Under the pieces are notes generated by a model. That model was not told where the DNA came from, did not search any database, and saw only the letters and a list, made by a program, of their open reading frames with translations. Of a stretch of 64,000 nt of DNA, positions 28,301 to 40,300 are shown in pieces; the first letter of the stretch is position 1, and every line of letters starts with the position of its first letter. The position numbers and the translations under genes are program-made. The stretch comes from Balanoglossus misakiensis (taxonomy: Eukaryota; Animalia; Hemichordata), in NCBI GenBank assembly GCA_040954595.2, contig CM082596.2, positions 5,530,791-5,594,790 on the forward strand, in the 5' to 3' direction.

Positions 28301-31300
28301 CTTCCGGTGTAAAGTGACCGTAGCGCGGCTAAGCGATTCACAATTGGCGTTTCGATAATCACGCAAACAGGAGGGAATTCAGAAGTTATGATGGATGCAC
28401 ACACGTAAAACATTCTATCATCTCATCCCTTCAATGTAAAAATCGGCTAAGTGGTAAGTAATGCCATTTCAATTCGAACATTCTCACTCACAAGATTCTA
28501 TTAGTTCTTCCTTGACATTGGTGTCCTTCCTCTGTCGACCAATCAAAAACCGCGTACTATCCGAGTAGTAGATGTACTGCCCTGCGGCGTAGAAATCCAC
28601 CCCACGAGGGTTGCCAAGGTTTTCCACGGGCATTGTGATGTGGGTGATACCGCCACCTGGAGTGAGGGAGACCCCCTTGATGGTGCCTGGCTGGCCCTTG
28701 CCATAGAACAGGAAATTGTCGGCCGATTGAGCTGAAAAAATAAAAAAGGTAATGTTAATGTCGGGTCAAACGGCGTACAGAAATCAGCCCATCACCGCTT
28801 TGCGTGAACAAGACAGAAACAGTGCTGTTTTCGTTCCATTTTTTTCTTCTTTAACTATTTTTTTCTTGCACTTAAGGCAGCAGCTTCAGCTTCAGAACAT
28901 AAACTCATTTTCCATTCCATAACAAAAGTCACTTGATTACATGGTTACACTCTACAGTCATTTTTTTTCTTCTTGTTGAGATATGATACAATTCCCATAA
29001 AACAAATATCCCAAAGAAAATGAAAAATATATAAGGGTCATGGACATCTCTTTATGGTGACTTTTGTTGATGAACTGTAAAACGTGAGTTTATGATTTGC
29101 AAAGCACAAGTTCATGTCATACAACAATGCTACTGAACAGCCATTTTTGAGAAACTAACATAAATTTAAAAAGACATTTCTGTAGCCATTCGTGAAAAAA
29201 AGCATTTCATTCCAGGGAAGTCTGGCATAGCATTTTGAAAACTGCTTGTCATTCTTAAAATACGCTCCGAGTTTCTATTTTAATTTTAAAAAGTCTAAGA
29301 TTGCAGGGGAAAGTCAATCTGATTAAAACCAGATGTAGAGTTAGGTGCTGGTGATAGTTTTGGCTATTCTGTTCTCTGTCTTGGCTATTCTTGACCCCCT
29401 TCCAAACGGAACAGCAAAGAATCAGAAAACCCAAAGACTCTACATCTGATTTTAATCAGATTGAGGGTTAGTACCATCAAAACAAGAACGTGACAATGTC
29501 ACAGGTCACAAATTCATTGGGCCACTCACGGTTGATAAATAAATTTTTAACAACAAGCAATTCTACTGGAAAAAAATTCTGTTCAATAGTAATACAACAG
29601 TAAATATATTTACAGCAGAGCAGGGTGGCAACAAGCAAAATATGACAGTGAAAGAAAATGCTGTAAAAAAGTTTGTTTGTTTTTATTTTCAGTTCAACCA
29701 AGATATCTGAATTTTATGACTCCATTTCTTGAATCACAAGACTTTCTGTCCTGATAAAACAGTTTCAGAAATCAGATATCTTTGTTTTGAAACTGAAAAT
29801 ACAAGCAACTGCTTCTTTTTTTCTTGAATAAGCGTGAAACAACAATTTGGCACAGGGCAGGAATGACAGAAAGTAGGAATGAAGAATGAAACAAGGAGAA
29901 ATGTTACTTCCTGAATCACATTTTTGATTTTACAAAAAAATAAATGCTTTCAAGTACCTTGATCTGGAATAAAGAAGATTGGTGATGTAATTGACAGGGG
30001 AGAAGCATGGATGCTCTGAACAAGTTAATTTTGGTTATTGTTGGTTATGTGTGGTGGAGTGAAGGGGTGTTATTAGTTAGTGTGAGTTTAGTGTCAGCTA
30101 GTGTGAGTTGGTATGCTTAATACTGGTATATGTATAACTGGTAGTTAGCTGGTAGTATACTATGGTAATGGAACTGGTTATTAGTTTCTTGAAGTTGACT
30201 ATTGTAAATGACTACTGAAAATGTTAACGAAACTACGTGTCTGGTTATACTGGGTTAGTAATGGTATAGATTGCTAGCTATGAATAGCTATAGTAAGAAA
30301 TTTCTTATTTACCTTGATGTGATGAAAAACAGAAATGTAATGTATGCAACTGAGAAAAACTGAAATACATACCTAAACATGACTTGCCATCGCTGTTCAG
30401 GATATATCCAGCAGCGCATTTACAAACTTTGCTGCCTCCAGCGCCAATAACACACACCTGGTCACAATCTCCACGTCCATCGTTTGCACTGCATGCATGA
30501 TCAACTATGTAAATACAAACACAGAAAGTATAGTTAGAAAAGTCCGGCATTTTTTCTCTTATTTTTTCTCAGGGAAACTATAGAATATTCGCTCTTAAAA
30601 TTGCAACTAAAATAGGGGGTTATCGTGCAAATTGTCTAAAATTTGAAATTCAAGATGGCCACTGCTTGCTGTGTTAGCAGTGATCTTTGTGAAAACAAGA
30701 CGTTTTCTTCTGTTTTCAAGAAGATTCCTCACATACTTTAAGATGTCAAAGAATTCATCTGTTTGGAGGACTATAATTTTTTCCTGAAAATCTGTCCCCA
30801 ATGAGTTTATTCCCTTGAGTGATGCATGTAACGTAGATAAAACAATGAACAGTACAATGTCTCAAGGATTTGTTGCCAAAGGAAGCTATTTTATACAACA
30901 GACAAATGCACAAAATTCGAAAAGTGCAATTTTTTGGTAAACGGTGCCCTGTACATCCTTGAACTTCTCTACAACTACATGTCGTCTTTTTGGGGGGTAA
31001 AAAGATGGAACGTGATCTTCTCTGAGTTTGGCTTACTTACTCTGCTTTTGCCGGAAGCTGTGGTAAACCTGGATGGCTCCGGCGCGGTTCATGCCCTCGC
31101 GGATCTCTTGCACCGAGCCGGTGAACTTGTCCACTTTCACAACGCTGTTGCTGTGCCAGTTGGTGGAGTAGAGGTAGTTTTCAAACATGGTGATGCCGTA
31201 CAGGTGCTCCACCTGGAGTTGGAATGAAGAGAAAAGACAGGCTGTGAGATTGAAAGATCTGAGAATACAATTGTCTATACATGAAATACGGCACTTCTTA

Positions 31301-34300
31301 CAGAGGTTGTAAACTAAAATGCCTGATTTGAAAATGTGGTCTCCTTTATTATTTTTACGAAAATTCTTGTATTTACAAAAGATGTTACTAGTACACTAGT
31401 GTCAAGACTAGCTATATTTAAGAAGGTTACCCTATCAAAAATACCTTAAATACAAAAAAACTAAAATGTGTGATAAAACATTTTTATGATAAAATAAAAC
31501 GAACCTGTACTCCGTTCACAATATTTCTTCTGTTCGTACCGTCGTAGTTCATACACTCAATGTAGTCCAGGTAGGCGTCCACCCAGTACACTTTCTTCTG
31601 GTCGAAGTCTAATGTCAGTCCGTGGGGAAATACAACTTTGGTGTCCACTAAGGAGTGTCTGTCGGTGCCGTCCATGTTGGCCCGTTCCACTTTGGGATGC
31701 GAGCCCCAGTCGGTGAAGAACATCAGACTGCAACAGGAAAGGTGTGGGATGAACTGTTAGAATTGGTTGAAGATTGTGGGTATGGTAACTTGTGGAATCT
31801 TCTCGTGTGCTGTGAATTTCCTTTGACATAAAACTGCTTAACAGGCCGATACCGTCCGCCTATATTTCCTTATTGAGTCTGACTGAAAAAAAGGTCAACA
31901 CCCCTCGCTTGACTTACCCATCTATAGGATCCAATGCAATACCCCTTGGATTGATAAGGTCAACGTCAATTATGGTGATGCAGTTTGAGGGCCCGGGTCT
32001 ACACACAAAAATTCTGTCACCGACATCATCAACAAAGTAGTAGTTGCCAGTTATCCAGTCAATAGAAATTTGCTCAACATCTAGAGAAAAGAAAAGAAAA
32101 TGAAAAATTACTTATTCAATGCATAGATACCTCACCCGAACAGAGATTAGATAATTAGGGTGTGATAACGAGTGCTTTCTTTTTGCTTAAATACCCTCTC
32201 GATGAGGCTACATTACGTTAAATTAATATTTGCGATCATACCCATCCATATTCTAATGGTAACAGGTCATCTTACAAACCCTGATTCAGAGTGAGAATTC
32301 CTGCATGATGTCAGCGGTGATCAGGAATCAGTGTTTAACCCTTTCACCACCATGGTATGGTCCATATCCAATGTTTTCTATGGCAAAGTTGGACCTCTGA
32401 ACGGGGAAATGGGGGTGAAAGGGTGAAATTAAAGTCAGATACTTACTGTCAAGGTGAAAGAAGATGTCAACTTCTTCAACGGTTGTTGGATCCATAGAGG
32501 TGCCGTTGACACACTTCAGCTTGCTTCCGCCAGTGCCCGGCTCGTGGTCGACCCAACAAACTTTCTCCTTTCGGTGATTGAAATCCAACGAAATGGCTCG
32601 GTAGGCACGGATGAACTCAGTGGTGTAGTCGCTTCCGTTGAGTGACACGGTTTCGATGTTTATCGAATTGGCCACGACGAGTTTGGGTTCCTCACCTGCA
32701 AGAAAAACATTTTCCAAAAAGTTTGAGCCCATCAGTGGTCCTGCACTATGCACATAATGATTTTTAGAACACTAAGCAACATGAAGTATACATCAGTTGC
32801 CTTTTTTAACGTAAGAAGATGTTTTCTTGGGGACACAGCAAGAGGGTTCTGGTATTGATGACATGCAAATTTAGGGGTCAATTGCAGGGTATTGGTCGGG
32901 TTTCAACTTGGTTTCATGTTGAGGAATCAAGCAAGCAAGTGTATCACAAACTGCAATAAAGTCCTACATGCTTTAGGTAATTCTTGGCCATGCAATGTGT
33001 AACTGACTTCAGGCCTTTTGTACGGACTCAGGTTGTACAGCAATCAATGCTTATCTTGGAGGTCTCAAGCTTTTCTCCACTTCCGTCAAGACTGTGTTAT
33101 CATATCACATGCATGTCTTGGCATGCAAAACAGTTTCTATCAGCGCAGCGCATATATATGGAAAACCATGCTAAACTGGCAAACAGCCCCCTGGGTTAGT
33201 TTGTTAATGCCAGCAACCAAAAACTATAACAAGCACTCTATATTAGCTTTGTTAGAGTTCCCAGAGGACACAGGCTTCATGCAATCAACACAAAGGCATG
33301 CAATATATAACACTACATCATGCACAATTAGCAATGCAGAAATGATCGCATGCAGGGTCTGTCGGAAAGAGATTGGGAGAATCTTGGTTGTCTGTGGGTT
33401 AGAATGGGTATATCATCAGACTGGGATATGATATTGCTGGGTGAGCATATCAGTGAAGCCTGGGTATAGCAGGCACAGACAGGGACACAAAGCATAATGT
33501 GTTTTAGTCAACCAGTACAGTATAAGGGAATTTTGGGGGAATATTCATGGAGATTGGGCCGTGGCATTTTATACCCGGTGGTAAAACTTTTTGAGGAACG
33601 GCGTAATCTCATTCTGGGCGCTACAGATGGGTGGCGGGGAAAGTTTAGGGATATACGGATAGGAATAATTTAGTGACAGTAAAAGGGGAAAGGAATGTAC
33701 AGAAACCTAGAATATAATAGTATCACAGAAAACTTGCGTAGAATTTTCACACTGCAATATGAAATTATGCTTGGCACAACAATGCTTGTTGAACATTAAA
33801 CCATTAAAAATAAATCCCACAACAGACACGCATCACAAATCTCTGGAGCTCACCTTCATCTTTTGACATGACATGAAAGACAAGATGTGATACAGACAAA
33901 AAGTAGGACAAAATGGTCATGACAATGAACTACATGGACATATTCAACATTCTCACCTTGTCAACTCAATATCATTGTATAGTACAAAAAACATGTATCA
34001 GCCTAAATAATTCAAAATTAAACTGTGTTCTAATACTGTTAGAAAGAAAAATATGACGTCACAGAATCATGAAGTAATCTTTGAAAGAAGAATGGAAAAC
34101 TGATGAGACCTTCTTCATCCTTCAGTGATAAACATAGAACAACATCCGTGAAAGAATCAAAATGGATATTATTTGTTAGTAACTATAGCAACACTCACCA
34201 CTGAGGGAGACACAGTGTCGGCCATCTTCGTGAAGTTGGTAATGTTCGCTGAAACAGCCACACTGATAGCTGCCGACATTGTTTGTACAGACTTGGTCAC

Positions 34301-37300
34301 AGGCACCGATGTCGGCCTCACACTCGTCCACATCTGAATGACAAAAACACAAAAGGTGTCATAGATGCTACAGCTATAGTTTCCTCAGAGTAACTTTAAA
34401 CACTTCATTTGCCAATCACAGAAAATTCTGCTGATGTTTTTGTTATAGAAATAATTCATGTCATTGCAAACCAAGACAACCACCAACTAAAGACGAAACC
34501 ATAATGGGAAGCTGAACAACCATATTTTTTTTCATTTGACAATGATTTCATAAAAATTTCATTTTTCAGACATCTCCATCCAAGCTGGATTTAATCTGGA
34601 TGACCTACCATCACACGAAGTACCATCTGCAGATACTTGGTATCCAGCCTGACAATAACACAGAGCTCCATTTGGACTTTCTTTACACCGGTACTGGCAA
34701 CTTTGTGATGCACAACTGTTCTGTTGAGCTAAAAAATATAACACAAGACAAGATAAATAAGACAAGACATAATAAAAGATTTATACAGACTACAAAAACA
34801 TTTTTAAAATGCTTATTATTCACAAAATGTTGCCTATATGTAAATCAGTATATATTCAAATCTACATGCAAACTTTGCATGATGAAAAGCTTGTTTGAAA
34901 ATGATAGTGAAATCTCAAGCTTTGAAGTCTTTTGTAAAATGCAGCTTTCCGAATATTCGGTCCATGCAGTTTCTACTTACAACAATGGGCTCCTTCGTCG
35001 GAGCCGTCGCCGGTACAGTCGATGTTGCCGTCGCAGAGCTGCGTTACGTGTATGCAAAAGTCTTGCCCCAAACACTGGAAGTGATTGGCCGGACAGGTGA
35101 ACGGTGCTGGAGTGGCGCCTGAAAATCAACGACAACAGTTACGTGTAAGCAGCGAGTCTAACTTAGGAGAATGCCAACAGTGCTTCGCTCCACCACAAGT
35201 TACTCCAGCCGTACCTGCAGTTTAGTGAGAGAAAATCCACACGGCACAGTACAGCATACAAACTATCATTTTCAAGCCATGAATTTATGTTGAAATTTGT
35301 TATTCTGAAATTCAAATTTGTTATTCTGAAATTCAAATTTGCTTTTCAAATTTGTTATTCTGAAATTCAAATTTGTTATTCTCACTTTTGAAGTTAGTCA
35401 TCCCACACAGAAACACCGGGTATTAAGACCAGGCATTTGCAGGTGCTGGGTCAAAAATTCCTAATAAATAGACTCAACATTTCCTTGATGAGGTCATCAC
35501 AATTAATGATCAAGTATTAGTCATATGCATACAAAAACTTGCAAATTGGATAACTGTCGTCATTCATTAACTCATATGCAACCAATATTTCTCACACAAT
35601 TTGACAAATGATTATGTTATCAAACAGCTTGGTTAAACAGGCCATCTTTAACAGTTTGAATTATCAGGCAACATGACAGCCTTAGTAAGTCAACAAGTCT
35701 CATAGTTGTGAATGTTAAGACAACTCTCTCGGACAAAAGCTCATTGTCCTAGTCATTTGACATTTTGAGAAAAACAACTTCAAGTGTTTTAATGAAACTT
35801 TGCAACTTAAATTAAAGAAGTGAAAAGGCAATTGGCTGTAGATAAAAAAAACATCACTTGAGAAAAACTCTAGTTTAACACCACTTTTTCCCCCAAATAA
35901 ACTGTCACTGAGGGCGCTCTCCTGGAACCATACAGAGCACCCCTCGCATGACATCTCACACAGACAAAAGAGAAAAAGAAAAACTTACACAAAGAAGTCC
36001 ACAAGGGAAATGAAATATAGATTTACGAAGAAATGAGAATGAAGAATTATCAGAATAAGTACAGATATCCAAAGTGTAGAACATATTTTTCTGATGCCTG
36101 ACCATTACTGTATTCACCCGTCATCCACCCTAATTTCTAAAACCGAAAAAACTATATTTTAACCATGAAAATAAACACTGAACATGGTTCCTTCAGTAGG
36201 GTTCAACATGTTCTAACAATGAGAACAGTTTCATCAATAAAACAAAACAAAAATTGTTACTCCACCCATCTATATTACCATGCAAATGGTGTCACTGTAC
36301 AAAAAGAAAATGCATGCAGTATTATAATCAGAGACTCCTATTTTTGACTTCGTAAAGACAAAAAGTCACACAGCACATCTCCCAATCTGACGAGATTTCA
36401 ATGTCAATGAAACCCGCAATAATTTGATTTCAATCAGCTGTCGGGATTGGCTTTTTTCCTCATTTGCGTTTATATCAGTCAGTAGACAGATAACAGATAC
36501 AGGGAGCATGACATGAATTCAATAAAAAGACCGAGAAAATGTCTGCATCTTCAAACAAGTTGCACTTCTTGAAAATAGCCTTAATATTAAATGCATTCTT
36601 TTGTTTTTGGAGAACCATGCACTATTTTGTTCCATTACATTTTTCTTTGCCACTGAGGTAATCTTACATCACCTTGGTTACAGACCACCCATCAACTGTT
36701 TACATTTATTACTAATTTTCTCCACCTATACGTGTTAACATCTACAGCAGTCACATGTCTCTTGTGTCTGCCAATTTCCCTACGTTTAACCCATCAAATT
36801 CTGCTTCCCACAACACCTTACAGGTAGATAGAAAACTTCACCATATCCCTTTAATATCACCCCTATTTCTCTGTACATGGTTGGACCCTTTCCTTTGAAT
36901 ACAACACAGCTCATACCAAGGTAGAGGGGTGATCGGGTGAGAAAAACGTGATTTATCAGTACATGTTGACTCCACTCTAATACTTACAACACACTGAAAC
37001 TTCTCATTAGTGGTTAACAGCAACATGCAAACCTCAGAACGTGCAGAAACTTAAACTTAAAAAAAACAAACCAAATCTGCACACTATACTTGCCACGACC
37101 TGACAGCGTACTTACTAAAACAACCAGAATCGGGCTCCGCTGGGGTTTTATGGAGGTTTATGTCAATCGATGAGAAATAAAATAGATGAAGAAAATGACG
37201 CATGAAAGGAAAAGTTAACATGAAAGAACATCAAAATATGGTCAGAGTAAGTGAAAATGCAAAGCTTGAAAAATTGTGTTTTTCTACAAGGAGGAAAAAA

Positions 37301-40300
37301 GCTATTTGGTTATTGTTTTTAACTAATTTTTTCCTTTGGATCAATTTACTAATTCCGAATGTTAAGTTCTCTGACAAATTTAGTTTATATTACAGCCAGA
37401 ATGAATACTTTTGACTACTGAATTTAAAATCTGGGTTTATCAATAGTCTTTTGGGATTTTTGTACAGAAAACAATTTTTCAGCCTTGCTTGGAGAGTATG
37501 CTGAAAGAAATAAAACATGTATGAGACATGCAAAACAAAACAAAACAAAACGCAGAAATGAAGATGAAGTTGGCGAAGATGATTACACTATTTACAACTG
37601 ACACAAAGTCAGACATACGAATTATGATAACATACATCTTTTGGAGGACCACTTCTCCAAACCTTGAAACTAGTTTCAGTTAGCATAGCCAACGTCACAA
37701 CCCCAGACCACTGCTGCCAACATTACCCCTCCCAAAATTCTCGTATCACCCCTTCAGACACTATCCAATCATCCCACTTCCCTTATTCAGTCGTAAACCA
37801 CCACAGACACTGAGACAGCAAGGAAGGGGGGGATTCGGTGATTGAGGGGACAGGGGTTGGACCTGGAGGGGACACATATTAGCGACTTACATTCGTCTAT
37901 TTCTTCGTCCGAGTTGTCTCCGCAATCATCCTCTTGGTCGCACCTCCACCCTCTCGGAATGCACATATTCGTCGTCTTGCATTTGAACTGACTTGTTGAA
38001 CATGTCAGAGCAGCTGTGAATTAAAAAAAAAAGATGTGCATAAAAACCTGTCATCTAGTGCCAGTCAATCATACACATCCTTCACCCTTTCACCCCCATT
38101 TCTCTCTGTAGAGGTCGTACTTTTCCATACACAACATATGGACTTGGACTGAACCATGGCGGTGAAAGGGTTAATATGCAGTATGATTTGAAGCTGTCTT
38201 TTACTGTTCATTGCTTGTATATGTTGCTTCCAGTTTGGCAACTCATTAAGATTAGACTACCCTCAATCTCCATAACAACGCAATATTATCCAGGCTTCCT
38301 CTCCCATAGCACAGGAAATGTCATAATGTCTGCATATTCAGTGTTTATTTCTGGTTCATGAGATATGTCAATTTCCCCTTCTTATACTTTCACAGGATTC
38401 TTTGCGCAAAGATATGTTTGTTCCGGTTGTTGTGAGAAGTGAAACCAACAACTGATGTCAAAGAAACTTTAATACTTTCTGGCGATTTTATTTCAGTACT
38501 TACGACAATCGACTTCATCGCTTCCGTCCCTACAGTCAGCATCTTGGTCGCATTTCCACACGGCTGGTATGCACTGATCACCACTTTCACATGCAAACTG
38601 AGAACTCGTACAAACTGCGAAAAAAAAGAAAGATTTGTAGAATTGGATTTGAGGTGTCAGTTGCAGTCATTGACACTCAACGGTTGTCCGGCACCTTACA
38701 AACCATAAAAGTGATAAAGAATAATCATATAGTCATATATTTCTCTATTTGGTTTTGAGGAATGCTAGATACACCTATATCAAGTCCTTGGCAAATGCAT
38801 GTACATGTACATGTACATTAAAGGTCACCTATGGAAAATTAGCTATAGTTACCATGGCAAATTGAGATCTAGCCAATCACAGACTTTCAGTGGGTGGCAC
38901 ACGCGAAAAAAACAGCGCCACCATATGTTCTTTAGAACGCTCAAATACGCCATTTCAGCCATATATGGGCGTATGTAAATTGGCGGTGACTGTATTTCTT
39001 TGATGTGTAAACAACAACACACGCAGATAAACAGACTCTCCACCTGATTGCGCGAGTCAAAGTTACATGTGACGTTCGACACCCTCCACTCACGTGACGC
39101 AAACATGCAAAATATTCCTAGCGTCAGTGCGAATGACAACATGACCTCACTGTGAACCCAATTCAACACAGACATCAGACACATACCACGTAATTAACCT
39201 AGCTGGCCTGTTCAAGCCATGCCATAGTACGACATGACTCCCTGCCAAACACCATTAAATCTTCTCTATGGACTACAACAAACCATCCCATTTTTTTTTC
39301 TTTTTGTTATATTTACGTAAAGATGAACTGAATTTGGATAAGATATCAATATAAACTCAAAACAACTTGTTTTTCCAAGATATTTGTTTCATATTTAGGA
39401 AAGGATAATCACATTAAGCTAAATGGCACAAATTATCTACTCACAAAATCACAGTAGTACATTTATTTGTTGATAATATTTTAATTTTGCAAATAATTTT
39501 TTTGTTTTATAATCTGAAATCTAAGACATTCGATATTTCTGTCGGCACTAAAGATTGGTCACAAAAGGGGAAAGGCAAGGGGTATCTATCATGAACTAGT
39601 TCATAAAGCAATGAATTTACCCCATGATAGTTGACTGAATGCATAGCCAGCAGACAAAATAAAGTGGTCAAGGAACCATTTATAGCAGGCGGAATTATCC
39701 AACTACATTCAATTACATGGTCACCGGGATCAGTCAGGCGAGACGAACCGTGAGGCATTATTGGCAACTAGAAATCGACAAGAATCATAATTCGAAGCAT
39801 TCCTTCCTGACAGACCTACACACTGATACGCCAATTCTTAACATCCGTATCACATTTAAAAATATGCAAGGTATTGCGAACGTGTCGCATTTGACAGTTT
39901 TCCCGTCTCGAACCTTCAAATACGCACTCTGAATTGGCAGACTGCCAGGGCTCCATTGACGCACTTTGCAAAGCACATGACCGACTGGCTGAGTCACATT
40001 TTTTACAAAACCGTGGCGGAGTTATGCTCCATTAATTACAACCACACTCCACACTGAATATCTGAACCAAAGAAAAAGAGAGCAAAGTTCAAAGACATAA
40101 AGTTAAGTCTCTCTACACGTAAAACTTAACTTTCCAACCTTCGGTAGTGTTGCCTGGTGCTAAAAGACGTGGTTACACTGCAGCCATATTGATATGCAAT
40201 ATATCAATCTTTGAACAAAACAGATTTTGACATTTTAGTTTCCAATAAAGTGCCGACCAGAGGGCATATTTTGACTGCAGATACAGAGATATTCCGGGTC

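Noticed and set aside
33957-33964. Good donor AAG/GTGAGA upstream of the 6-nt microexon
   Set aside because: The nearest acceptors give 8 nt (GAG acceptor) or an immediate stop codon.
35293-35382. Short direct repeats as a CRISPR-like array
   Set aside because: Head-to-tail minisatellite without unique spacers, in a eukaryotic intron.
35905-36060. Long pyrimidine tract and TTCCAG acceptor in the LDLa2-LDLa3 intron
   Set aside because: Joining creates T/GA stop and no in-frame strong donor follows; not called as a coding exon.
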